This document shows positions 43,062-58,480 of a stretch of 64,000 bases of DNA, piece by piece (the first letter of the stretch is position 1; each line of letters opens with the position of its first letter). This DNA is from the human T2T-CHM13v2.0 reference genome, Homo sapiens. The stretch lies in NCBI RefSeq assembly GCF_009914755.1, contig NC_060947.1; one strand, 5' to 3'. Both the position numbers and the translations under genes were made by a program. Below the pieces are notes generated by a model that did not search any database, had not been told where the DNA came from, and was given only the letters and a program-made list of their open reading frames with translations.

Positions 43062-45261
43062 TACACACACAAACACACAAATACATACACACAGATGAAA
43101 GCATGGTATTATTCTATAGATATCATTTGTAATCTGCTTTTGTACATTATATTCTACTGTGAACTTCTTTCCTTACCACTAAATATGCATTTATATCATT
43201 ACTTACAATTAGTGCATTATATATCATTGTATGGGTTACCCTAATTAATTTAACAATCCTCTTTTGATGGGCAATTGTTTCCATTTTTGCATTATAAAGG
43301 ATGCTATGATAATATATAAGCATGTTTCTAATAATATACATTGCAATCATGCACATATATTCACACACTTGTCCAATTATTTTACAACAATACATTCCTA
43401 GAAGCAGAATTTTTGATTCATAGAATATTAACAATTTTAAGGCTTGCATGACTTTTCCCTAGGATTGATTCTTTTCTAAAACAGGAAAAAAAGAAAGCAA
43501 AGTATAGCATATGTGCTTCATTCAAGGTGTGAAACAAGGATACAGATTTATAGAGTAGCATTTATCTTCCAAGGTTACCATGTGATGCCAATGTCTTTGA
43601 GTATTAACAAGATGATCAAAAGGGCAGGCCACAATAAAAACCAGTAGTGTTGAAATCTTTTTCTATTAGAATTTATCAGGCTTTAAAACAAAAGACCAAA
43701 TTAATTGAGATGTTTTGTACATTTCATGTATATTTTAGTTAAAAATTCATTAGATTTCCATTCCAAAAAATATCCTTGAATTCTTCTTTGGTGTAATATC
43801 AGGGAAGCACTCTAAGCTCTAAAGTTTGTCTGTTTTCCTATAGTCATTTTTGAAATGCCCTATAAACCATTTTATTAACAAAAGGTACTTATAAAACATA
43901 ATTAAGCTATAATCACAAGAAATACCATAGCATAAGCTTTTTCTTCAGAGCATCTGATTTTCTGAAAACCTGTAGAAAGTTCAGAATGAAATGTGGTTGC
44001 TCTAACATAATGTTTTATTCTGCCTACGATGTGTACTCTTATTACGTATGATTTTAAGAACAAAATTGATCAAGCATATTTTGTTATATGTCTTGTTCCT
44101 CCTATGTAAATTCTATATGTCATTTATAGCAAAATAAGTCACTAATAATATAAAATTAACAAAAAGAAGGTTTATGTTAAGGAACCACGATACAGCAAAG
44201 CAGAATGGCAAATTTGAGAAAAGTGACTTCATAAGATGGTTATGAACATCTATAATTGAATTGGTTTCTTTCTAATTACAGATTTATAATGAGACATCAG
44301 ATACAATCAATGACAACATGAATAATAAATTATTCTGCCTATTTTAATTCAACATAATACAATTGAAACAGAAAAATTGTAATGATCCTTGAATTCAGCT
44401 TGAAGATCTTTCAGGTTATTCAACATTTCCTTGATACCTCCCCAGGGTCATACTAGGGGGGACATACGATGAATGTTTGCACAGGTATAACTGCTTGTCT
44501 ATTTCTATGGTTTATAGCATAATTTTTTCCATATCCTACAGATTTACATTGGAAACTGTAGATTTTGAAACATGTAGTTCCTTATGTAAGAACTGGTTGC
44601 CAAGTAACATCAGAAGGATTTCAGGACCAAAAGCATTCCATCCTCACAGAGAATTAATTTTTGCCTTGAAAGACTTAACAGCTTCTCTGCTGAGTTGCAC
44701 AGAAAAAGTGTTTTGGGGAGATATCCTTGAACTTAATGGGGGATCTGTCATTATTATTATTTCTGAGTGCCAAGGAGCTACTCTAAGGATACCTGTGAAG
44801 AAAAACCCTTTAGAATTCCTTTTTGTAGCATGGGCTCTTTCCAGTGTCACTTGCCTCGTGGCTCCACTTCTGCTGGGCATTCCAGAAAGAAAATTCTTAA
44901 AGTACAGTGAAAACTATAGTAGTTAAAAAGGCGAACATATAAGATAATAACCGGGAAACGTAAGATTAATATATTAAAATGAAATTAAGAACAATATAAG
45001 ATAAAATTAAAACAAAAAGGGAAATAAAAGGTCAAAATAAGCGCTACACAACTTCAAATATAAAATAGTGACTTTGAAATGTATTTTAAAATCTGAAATA
45101 TAAGATGCAAGGCTAGAAAAAAGATATAGTCATAAACACATCTGTAGAAAATAAATATTTTTAAAGGTATAGAAAACAATAAATTGAGGTTTTTATTTCA
45201 AGGTAATTATGTTTTAAGACAAGGGATATTACTAGAAAAGATAGAGCTACACAATTTAATA

Positions 45262-45347
45262 CAGATGCTCCTTGACTTATGAAGGGGCTACATTCTGATA
45301 GACTCATTGTAAGTTGAAAATATCCTAAGTCAAAAATGCATTTAATG
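45262..45347 (+). mobile_element. MER47/Tigger5 terminal fragment
   Basis: TA-CAGATGCTCCTTGACTTATGAAGGGGCTACATTCTGATAGACTCATTGTAAGTTGAAAATATC matches the MER47 5' end as recalled. Confidence 0.8.
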
Positions 45348-46589
45348 CTAGTAACACAGCTGTATATTAAAATAGCAAAGTACAACTGAGGATAATTGTA
45401 AATAAATGCACATAAATAAGGATAATTTTAAATAAATATTAGAGCTAGGGGTATGAGTCCTCAGCATGGCTCCCCTGGCAGCGGGGGACCTTCCAGAAGA
45501 GAGCCCCATGGGAAGTAGCACTCTAGAAGGAGAAGTCGTCTGAGAAAACATCAAGGGTATTAGAGACCCCTCCCCTGCTCTTCGTTAAGTTCTGGATCCT
45601 TCAACAACGTCAAACATCCACTCAGCTCATATACTTTAAAAACTTTTTTATGATAGAAATTTCTAAAATTGCGTGACAATAGAAGCAGGGCGGAACTAAC
45701 CTCCATGCACTCTTCCCACAGCTTCATAGAAATCAACATATTAACATGTAGTCATTTTTGTTTAATCACTTCTAACCCTATGTTGCTGTTGCTGCTCTTT
45801 TTTCTTCACTTTTTTTCTCCTCCTTCTCCTGTTCTTCCTGTACATATTGAAGCAAATTCTTGATATTTTTCTATGATATTTTGCTATGAATCTTTAATAC
45901 ATACCTTTTAAAATATAATCACAATATTATCGTCACACCTGCTAAAACTAACAATAGCCTTATGATATCATCTAAAACCTAGTTTATGTTCAAATTTCCA
46001 CAACTGTCCCAAAAACATTTTCCAGGGGATTTGTTTAAATCGGGATTCAAATGAGGTCCACACATCACATGGTTGATATTTCTTTCAGTTTTTTTTCCAT
46101 CTATGAAAATTCCCCTCACCCCCTTTTTTCTTGGCACATATCATTTAATTGTTTAAGAAATGGCACCATTTATCCTGTAGAATGTCTTACATTCTATATT
46201 TTACTGATAGTATCATTTTAGTTTCATTTAACATATTTTTCTATACTCATATTTTCTGCCAGTTGATAGTTGGTTCTAGAGGCTGATTAGATTTAAGGCT
46301 TTTCTTCTCTTTGGTGAGAATATTAATAGGTGATGCTGTGTCTCTTTTTGCATCATATGGAAGGCAATTTTACTGATGTTAATAATGGGAAGTGGGTTGA
46401 GGTTTTGCAAACCTGATTCATCCATTATAAAATTTCTCATCATTTACCTAATAGTTTTAGCATCTATCAGTAATTTTGACCTATATCCATTATTCCAAAA
46501 GGTGTTGTAAAATGGTAACTTTTTAATTTGATCATTTTTAATTTTTTGGCATTTACCAACTTTCATGTTATCTTTTTTTCACAGAAGAA

Positions 46590-48985
<2,396 letters not shown>

Positions 48986-49097
48986 ATGTGAAGCATAAAA
49001 ATAAATCAGATTCATACAGGCATTTTCTATTTAAATTTAAAATTGTCAGGCTTATTACTTATCACTTATTTGATTGTTCTGAATCTTTTTTCTTATA

Positions 49098-50437
49098 CAT
49101 TATGTGCTACATAATGACATTTAGGTCAATGATGAACCTTATATATGACAGTGGTCCCATAAAATTATAATGGAGCTGAAAATTTCTTATCACATAGTGA
49201 TGTCAGGTGCCTTAATGCCATGGACAATGCATTACCCACCTGTTTGTGGTGATGTTGGTGTAAGCAAACTTACTGTGCTGCCAGTCATATAAAAGTCTAG
49301 CAATACAATTATGTACAGTACATAATACTTGACAATGTTAATAAACAACTATATTACTAGTTTATGTATTTACTATCCTATACATTTTTAATCATTATTT
49401 TAGAGTGCCTTCTACTTATAAAAAAAAAAGTTAACTGTAAAACAGCCTCAGGCAGGTCCTTCAGGAGTTGTTCCAGAAGGAAGCATTGTCATTATAGGAG
49501 ATGACAACTCAACATATGTTATTGCCCCTGGAGAGCTTCAAGTGGGACAAGATGTGGAAGTGAAGGACAGTGATATTGATAATCCTGACCCTGTGTAGGT
49601 CTAGGCTAATTTGCGTGTTTACATCTTAGTTTTTAAGATGGCTAGCCACATGTAGGAGAATGAAGCTGGATCCTCATCTTTCACCTTATACAAAAATCAA
49701 CTCAAGATGGATCAAAGACTTAAATCTAAGACCTGAAACCATAAAGACTCTAGCAGATAACATCAGAAAACCCCTTCTAGGCATTGGCTAATGTCTAGAA
49801 GCTTAAAAAGTAAAAAAAAAAAAAAAAAAATTAAATTGATGAAAGATTATAGACTAAGGATATAAAGAAAACAAATATTTTTGTACAGCTGTATAATGTG
49901 CTTGCATTTGAAACTAAGTGTTATTAAAAAGGAGTCAAGTTAAAAAACTTGAAGATTATAAAATTAAAAAGGTACAGTAAGCTTAGTTTATTATTGCAGA
50001 AAAATATTTTAAAATAAATTTAGTGTAGCCTAAGACTACAGTCTTTATAACATCTACAGTAGTATACAGTAATGTCCTAGGTCTTCACATTTACTCACCA
50101 TTCACTCATCCAGAACAACCTGCAGTCCTGCAAGCTCCATTCATAGTAAGTTCTCTATATATGTGTGCCATTTTTATACTGTATCCTTTCTATATTTTGA
50201 TATGTTTAGATACATACATACTTACCATTGTGTTACAATTGCCTACGATATTCAATACAGTAACATGCTGTACAGATCGGTAGCCAAAGAGCAATAAGCT
50301 ATACCATAAAGCCAAGGTGTGTAGTAAGCTATATCATGGAAGTTTGTGTAAGTACACCAGGATGTTTGTACTGTGGCTAAATTGCCTAAGAAAGCATTTC
50401 TCAGAATGTATCCCCACGGTTAAGCAATGCATGACCC
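49098..50437 (+). mobile_element. Tigger3 (Golem, Tigger3b-like) DNA transposon
   Basis: GGTCCCATAAAATTATAATGGAGCTGAAAA, CAGCCTCAGGCAGGTCCTTCAGGAG and end TAAGCAATGCATGAC, with TA on both flanks. Confidence 0.9.
49637..49801 (+). mobile_element. Internal L1 (L1PB-like) ORF2 fragment inside Tigger3
   Basis: TGGCTAGCCACATGTAGGAGAATGAAGCTGGATCC...AAATCTAAGACCTGAAACCATAAA. No 3'UTR and no TSD. Confidence 0.88.
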
Positions 50438-51649
50438 TATTTAATATCTTCTTTCCTAAATTATATTAGCAATAATTATTTAGTTTCTTTATTCTACTAT
50501 TTGGTATCTATACACCATAGTCTTGAAATAACAATTCAAAAATTAGTATTTAAAATAATGCACCTGAATGCAGTTTAAGATTTATTTGGGACACAAGGAA
50601 ACATTTGGAGGTGATGGATGTATGCATATATCCAAACTCATCAAATTATATACATCAAATATATGTAGTTATTTGTATATCAAGTACGTTTCAATAAAGC
50701 TGTAAAAGAATATTTCTTTGTGATTATTTTTTCCTTTGGGCATATCTACCTGGTAATGTAGGGTCAAAGTACTTAAAATCACTTGAAGTAATTCTCAGCA
50801 TGATTATGCCATCAGCTAGATAGACATTTGGGCTCATTTGTTTGGTTGTTATTTTTAGAGATTGATTTTTTCTTTCCAATTTAACTGAGTTTTATAATTA
50901 TGAAAACCATTTGTGTATATGGTTCCAAGGTTTAACATTATAGAGCAAGGTACATGCATAGAGATCTAACTTCTAGTCTTGTCTTCTCTGCTAGCTTCCC
51001 TCCATGCCCCACTCAGAGTCATTTTTTAAAGTTTTTGCTTATTTTCATATTGTTTCTTTTAAATAATATGGCCGAACTCAAACTTTTGCTATTTCAATTA
51101 GTGCTGCAATCAACTCTGGGCATATAGTAGTCCATATTTTTGCCGGTATATCTTTGGGATAGATTCGTATCTTGGCAGAAATGCTGGGTCAAAAGCTAAA
51201 AGAATAAACAGTGTTGTCTGATACTGTCGACTTCTCTTCAACAGCCGTTGTATCATTATCAACAGCAATGTATGAGAGCCGTGTTTCCACACAGACTGGA
51301 AAGCAGACTATGCTGGATTTTGTCAAGCAGAGAGGTGAGAAACATTATTTCAGTGTAGCTTTAATTATATCTCCATTATTATGATTGAAATTGGTAACTT
51401 TTCACAAGAAAAGGGTCATTTATACTTCTTTTCTGTAAAATATTGTTCATATCTTGCTTTTTAAAAGTCAGATTTTTGATGTTTTTCCACTCAATTGTTA
51501 GCACCTCTTTAAATGTTAGAGATAAAATTTGCAATGCTATTTGAAAGTAATTATCCTGGCTTGTACTCTGCTTGTGGTATTTTGGTTTTGCTATGCAAAA
51601 CTTTATATATTTGATCACATGCATTAGTATTTTCCTTACTTGCTTTTGT

Positions 51650-51892
51650 TTTTGTTTTCAGAGAGCCCAGGAGCAGCCTTGAACTCTTGGGCTCTAGCAA
51701 TCCTCCTGCCTCAGCCTCATGAGTAGCTGGGACAACAGACACTACACTGCACCTGACTAATTATTTTATTTTCGAAGAGACTGAGTCTTGCTATGTCGCC
51801 CAGGCTGGTCTTGACCTCATGGTCTCAAGTGATCTTCCAACCTCAGTCCCTGAAAGCATGGGAATTACACGTGTGGACCACCATGCCTGGTC
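51650..51892 (-). mobile_element. AluJ with an internal deletion
   Basis: (GTTTT)n tail and GCAGCCTTGAACTCTTGGGCTC. TSD TTGCTTTTGT / TTGCTTCTGT. Confidence 0.85.
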
Positions 51893-52984
51893 TTGCTTCT
51901 GTATTTTTAATCACTGGAAATGCAACAGGTTAGATTCCCCAGGAAGCAATCTGTGAGATGGAAACAAGGGTGCTGGACTTTTTTTTAGGAATCCTTGTAA
52001 CTACTACGTGTGGGTCAGAGGACTTCTAATAGCTGGAGGAATAAGCTCTTCCTTTGCAAGGGGTTCTGAGGGACTCATCACAGCATTTACCATGGGAAAT
52101 TCTCCTTACTCCAAGAAGTAAACAAAGATAAAACCACAAAGCAAATAAGGAATTCATCTATGCCTTCTTACACTACTTGAACAGTTTTTTATTTTTTTAT
52201 TTTTTTGCACTTTAGATCTCAGATCCATTTGGAACTCTGTGAGAAATTCAGCCAATGATATATTCGTTGTAGTTTTTCTGTGGTGCCAATAACATATTAG
52301 AAGACAATTTTCCCACTGACTTGAAATGTCATCATTATTTAAAAAAATCTAAATTTCCATATGCATTTAGGCCTGTTTCTGGATTTCTCTTTTCTGTTTT
52401 ATTAGTCTACCTCTCCATGTGCTAATACCAAACCATTTTAATTATTGAGGCATTATAGTATGTCTTAATATCCAGTGTGGTCTACCCGCCACTATTCATT
52501 GCACTTTTTTTAGGATTTTCTTAGGTATTTTTTCTAAATAAACTTTATAACTAACTTAGCTAACTTCAGAACAAAATGGTGCTTTTATGTGGATTTCATT
52601 AAATTCATAGATCAACTTAGAGAAAACCCCCACATACCCATTTCCCAGATGCAACAATCATCACTTCATTAATAATATTATTTCATCTAAAACAGAATCT
52701 ACCTCCTTCTTCCTAGATTATACTGATACAAATCTGAAAATCATATTATTTAATCCATATGTATTTTAGTATATACTTTAGATAAGTACTGTTTTTAAAA
52801 CATAGCTTTTAAAACTTAGTTGACACCTAAAAACCTACAATAATTACTTATTAGTATAAAATATCTAGTCAGTGATTAAATTTCTCCAATTGCCTCAATT
52901 TTTAAAAAAGTTTTATATTCTAATCAGTATACAAACAATGTTCACACATTGCAATTGATCGATATGTCTCTTTTAGATTATAGA

Positions 52985-55900
52985 TTGCATGGTTCTGAAG
53001 GTTCCTTTTGGAGTTGATTTCCAGTTTTATTCCACTGTGGTCTGAGAGAGCTCTTGATATAATTTCAATTTTTCTTAAATTTATTGAGGCTCATTTTATG
53101 GCCTATTATATGGTATATCTTGTAGAGCATTCCATGCGCTGTTGAATAGAATACGTATTCTGCGGTTGTTGGATGAAATGTTCTGTATATGTCTGTTAAG
53201 TCCATTTGTTCCAAAGTATAGTTTAAAGTCATTGTTTCTTTGTTGACTTTCTGTCTTGATGACCTGTCTAATGCTGTCAATGGAGTATTAAAGTCCCCCA
53301 CTGGTATTATAAAACTCTTTTCTGTTTTATTAGTCTACCTCTCCATGTGCTAATACCAAACCATTTTAGTTATTGAGGCATTATAGTATGTCTTAATATC
53401 CAGTGTGGTCTACCCGCCACTATTCTTTGCACTTTTTTTTAGGATTTTCTTAGGTATTTTTTCTAAATAAACTTTATAACTAACTTAGCCAGACAGCATA
53501 TGGTATTGCTGTCTATCTCATTTCTTAGGTCTATTACTAATTGTTTTATAAATTTGGGAGCTACAGTGTTAGGTGTGTATATGTTTAGGATTGTGATATT
53601 TTCCTGTTGGACAAGGCCTTTTACCATTATATAATGTCCCTCTTTGTCTCTTTTAACTGCTGTTGCTTTAAAATTTGTTTTGTCTGATATGAGAATAGCT
53701 GCCCCTGCCCCTGCTCACTTTTGGTGTCCATTTACATGAAATGCCCTTTTCCACCCCTTTACTTTACGTGAGTTTTTAGGTGTTAGGTGAGTCTCCTGAA
53801 GTCAGCAGATGGTTGGTGAGTTCTTATCTATTCTGCGGTTCTGTATCTTTCAAATGGAGCATTTAGGCCATTTACATTCAATGTAGTATTGGAATGTGAG
53901 GTACCATTGCATTCATCATTCTCTTTGTTGCCTGTGTACTTTGTTTCTGTTTTTGTTTTTGCTTTTTAACATGTATTTTTGTTTTATAGGTCCTGTGTGA
54001 TTTCTGCTTTAGAGAGGTTCTATTTTGATGTGTTTCCAGGATTTGTTTCAAGATTTAAAGCTGTTTTTAGCCCTTCTTGTAGTGGTGGCTTGGTCATGGG
54101 GAATTCTCTCAGCATTTGTTTGTCTGAAAACGACTGTATCTTTCCTTCTTATATAATGCTTAGTTTCACTGGATACAAGTTCTTGGCTGATAATTGCTTT
54201 GTTTGAGGAAGCTGAAGATAGGACCCCAATCCCTTCTAGCTTGCAGGGTTTCTGCTGAGAAATCTGCTGTTAATTTGATAGGTTTTCCTTTATAGGTTAC
54301 CTGGTATTTCTGTCTCACCACAGCTCTTAAGGTTCTGTCCTTCATTTTAACTTTGGATAACCTGATGAAAATATGCCTAGGTGAAGAAGTTTTGTGATGA
54401 ATTTTCCAGGTGTTCTTTGTGTTTCTTGTATTTGGATGTCTAGGTCTCTAGCAAAGCTGGAGAAGTTTTCCTCGATTGTTCCCCTGAATATGTTTTCCAA
54501 GCTTTTAGAATTCTCTTCTTCCATAGGAACACTGATTATTCTTAAGTTTGGTCCTTTAACATAATCTCAGACTTCTTGGAGGCTTTATTCATATTTTCAT
54601 ATTCTTTTTTCTTTGTCTTTGTCAGACTGGGTTACTTCAAAGACCTTTTCTTCAAGCTCTGAATTTCTTTCTTCTACTTGCTCAATTCTATTGCTGAGAC
54701 TTTCCAGAGCATTTTGCATTTCTAAAAGTGTATCCAAACTTTCCTGAATTTTTGATTGTTTTTTCTTTAAGCTATCTATTTCCTTGAATATTTCTCCCTT
54801 CACTTCTTGTATCATTTTTTGGATTTCCTTGCATTGGGCTTTGCCTTTCTCGTCCCTCCCTGATTAGCTTAATAACTAACCTCCTGAATTCTTTTTCAGG
54901 TAAATCGAGGATTTCTTCTTGGTTTGGATCCATTGCTGGTGAACTAGTGTGATTTTTGGGGGGTGTTGCAGAGCCTTGTTTTGTCATATTACCAGGATTG
55001 GTTTTCTGGTTCCTTTTCATTTGAGTAGGCTCTGTCAGAGGGAAGGTCTAGGTCTGAAGACTGTTGTTCAGATTCTTTTGTCCCACGGGGTAATCCCTTG
55101 ATATAGTACTCTCCCCCTTTTCCTATGAATGTGGCTTCCTGTGAGCTGAACTGCAGTGATTGTTGTCTCTCTTTGGGTCTAGCCACTCAGCAAGTCTACC
55201 CGGGTCCAGGCTGGTACTGGGGATTGTCTGCACAGAGTCTTATGATGTGAACAATCTATAGGTCTCTTTGCCATGGATACCAGCACCTGTTCTGGTGGAG
55301 GTGGCAGGGGGTGGGGTGCAATGGACTCTGTGAGGGTTCTTAGCTTTGGTGGTTTAATGCTCTATTTTTGTGCTGGTTTGCCTCCTACCAGGACGTGGTG
55401 CTTTCTGGAAAGCATCAGCTGTAGAGAGGGACTGGCAGTGGGCGGGCCCCTAGAACTCCCAAGATTATATGCCCTTTGTCTTCTGCTACCAGGGTGGATA
55501 GGGAAGGACCATCATGTGGGGGCAAGGCTAGGCGTGTCCGAGCTCTCCTTGGGTGGGTCTTGCTGCCACTGCTTGGATGGGGATGAAATTCCCAGGTCAC
55601 TGGAGTTGTGTACCTAGGAGGATTACTGCTGCCTCTGCTGAGTCATGCAGATTGTAAGGGAAGTGGGGGAAAGCCGGCAGTCACAGGCTTCACCCAGCTC
55701 CCACATAAACCGAAGGGCAATTTGCATTCCCACCATGCACCTGCCCCAACAGCCCTGAGTCTGTTTCTAGGGGCAGGGTGTAATGCGCTTGAAAACCTGC
55801 CCTGGGCTACCCGCCTCCCAGCTGCAGTAGGGGGTGCGGGGGAAGGGCTTGGTTCTTCCCCTGCCTGTGGAGCCTGTAGACCAGATTTGTGCCCTCCCCC

Positions 55901-56417
55901 AAGTTCTGGCCAGGAGGCTTCTTGGCCCATTCAAATTGTTACAAAGTTCAGCTAGAGATTTCTTCCTTATGGAGTTGTACCCGCTGCTCCTCTGGTCACC
56001 CTCCTGATGGATCCCTGTGGTTCCAGGCAGGAATGGCCTGCTAGGGGACACGGCAAGCTCCCAGGTCCTTTCTGCTGCTTCTTCTTCCCCTGTATTTCAC
56101 TTGGCTGTAAATTGACTCAGCCCCAGTTAAAGTCAGAAACTTCTCCCACAAACAGACCTTTGGCTTCTCCAGTGGGGGTGTGTGTTTGGGAGAGGAGGGT
56201 CTCCCTGTCCCATTTCCGCAGTTGGGGCACTCACAGTATTTGCGGTGTCTCCCAGGTCCTTGAAGGAGCAGTCGGCTTCCTTCACAGGGTCTGTGGGTCC
56301 TCTCGGGATTGCTGATTTGTTCTTGCAGTTGATCTGGAGCTAAAATTCCCAATGTGAGCTTCTGCAAGGTGCTCTGTCTGGAGCTGCAATCTAGTCCTGC
56401 CTCCCGTCTGCCATGAT
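52985..56417 (-). mobile_element. L1PB-type element: 5'UTR, ORF1 and ORF2 endonuclease domain; 3' part absent
   Basis: The 5' end reads ATCATGGCAGACGGGAGGCAGGACTAGATTGCAGCTCC on the minus strand. ORF1 peptides MKRNQKTNPGNMTKQGS and LESLSNRIEQVEERNSELE; EN peptide GDFNTPLTALDRSSRQKVNKE. Confidence 0.92.
53315..53489 (+). repeat. Direct duplication of 52387-52560
   Basis: The 175-bp and 174-bp copies differ by two substitutions and one T-run indel by manual comparison. Confidence 0.95.
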
Positions 56418-57849
56418 TATTTTTCTTACCAAGGACTGAAGAGCTTTTATTTAACCTCATCAAACGTACACATGTTTCTCCTCTCTCTCATGAGAGATGT
56501 CTGGGTTCTCAGTGACATCAGTATAATGATTAACTTTATCTCACAACATATGCATGACCATTTCTGAGTAATATTAAAAAATGATTATCAATGGTGTTAC
56601 ATTCATTCCTTTCATTTTCTTTTGAGATTTGTGGATTACCTTTCAAAATTATTAATATTTCTTTACAATTAGGCAAAATATTTACACGGTTCCAAAGCAA
56701 ATCTACGAAAGTAGAAGTCTAGCCACATCTAGCATATCTGTTTCCTCTATTCTCCTCCTATAAGTATTTAGCTATGTAATTTAAGAGAGAAGATAGAATT
56801 GGGAATTAAGGAGAAAACACTTGAACTCAGAGGTTAAAGTTTAATCATTGTAGGAAGGTTGTTGATCAAGAATTGGAAATATTCAGATAAGTAAAGTAGA
56901 GGATAAAGTGGAGTGATTTTAAATATTCATTGAATTTGCCAAAAGAGAATAATGATAGAAGACTTTTTTATGAACATGAGCAAAGAGTATAGAAGAGGGA
57001 GTGGGCATTAATGCCAAAGTCAGCAGAAAATCTTGGTAAAAATTTACAGAGTTAAAGGTATTTGATTTCTCAATAATGAGGTGCTTTTTTAAATTTCAGA
57101 GAAATAAGCTTCCTTGAAGAAGCAAAGCAGAGTTTCAAAGAATAATAAGGAATTGACTGGAAAGGAAATGGAAAAAGATAGCGTAAAAACCTTCTTGTGA
57201 TCCTGGGTGTTAAAAAAGTAGGAACAGGAAACACACAGGGCTGTTGCTAGCTTGCAAAATACAATCAAATGAAGACACTTTATTTCCCTAATAAGGGAAA
57301 TCTTAAAGTCAAAGAGAAAATTATCAGACGAGGAGTCTACAAAGAGAAGAGATGAAGGTGGAGCAAAACTCTCAAGAGTCAGCAAGAGCTGAATTCAAGG
57401 ACAAAGAACAGTCAACAATTCAGTGTCCATGCACAGAGACTGGGCCTCTAAGTAAAAATTATGGGACATACAGCTTACACCAACGAAGCATATAATAAAT
57501 CTGTATATATTTCTACACCAAATTTAAATTCTCCCATGGAGGCTGACCCTGTTTCCTAGTAGTGATATGCCTGAAAACCAAAAAAATGCCATGTCAGGCT
57601 TATTCTCCTGATTTACTACTCCCTCGGAAACAAAATCAATCCAGTTCATTGCTGATTTCTTCTGAGTATACTGGTGCATAGTTCATATTCTCAAATCTAC
57701 TCCTAATTAAACACAGAATGGCTGTATTTGATTCTTTTGGATGCCTTAAGGTGAGTTCAACATGCCATGCTTACATATATGTTATCCTTGGTCATTGCCC
57801 AGGTTGTAAATCCCTGGGTCATTTAAACTCTTCCAAACTCTTATTCCCA

Positions 57850-58090
57850 CATTGCTCCATATAGGCCTACCTTGACCTTTACTCCCGTATTTCTCCTTCC
57901 TCTCAAATCATCTCACTGTGTTCTCTGGGAACTCTTATTTCATGGTAAACTCTTCTGTATTCTCAAACTCTTTGTCAAATATTATTCCTTCCATCGCCTA
58001 GCCCTAGTCTGTATTCAACACTGCTATTTCTAAACCATCATTCTTTTTCTGACAAATGTCCTTTTGAGGATATGCTGTCCCACTGAATCT
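57850..58090 (+). mobile_element. L2 ORF2 endonuclease-region relic
   Basis: CACTGTGTTCTCTGGGAACTC...TCTCAAACTCTTTG...TCCTTCCATCGCCTAGCCCTA resembles the recalled L2 5' ORF2 consensus. Confidence 0.5.
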
Positions 58091-58311
58091 GTCATTCATT
58101 AACATCTCATCTTGTGTCAGTTTCCAAGCTTGGTTTGTCAGTTACTTGACATGGTCAGGAAGGAAAAAAATGGACATATGGCAGGTAAGTTGCTGAGGAA
58201 GAACATGGTGTACTACCTGGAAGACAGAATTAGAGCAGACATAGGGAAGGTGAATTGAGGGACTAGGCAGTATGTGTGAGCCACATTAAATCCTCAAGTA
58301 GTGAATAAGGT

Positions 58312-58480
58312 TTGTGGTATGTTGAAGCTGGCTGATACCAATTCACAAGAGCCAGCTGTTAAATTTTCAGAAATTTTGCAAGCCAGTAGACATCACCCTG
58401 GAAGCTCTACAAATATTATAAATCAGGACCCTTTTCTCCCATGAAATCTAGTTGTTTAAATATTTACCAGCACACCACTG
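58312..58480 (+). mobile_element. MER63A-like hAT-Blackjack MITE
   Basis: GAGCCAGCTGTTAAATTTTCAGAAATTTTGCAAGCCAG and end TTTACCAGCACACCACTG. Confidence 0.8.

Noticed and set aside
55273-56463. Several overlapping 95-140 aa ORFs in a GC-rich stretch suggesting a gene or CpG island
   Set aside because: They lie in the L1PB 5'UTR, where high GC reduces stop frequency, and CpGs are decayed.
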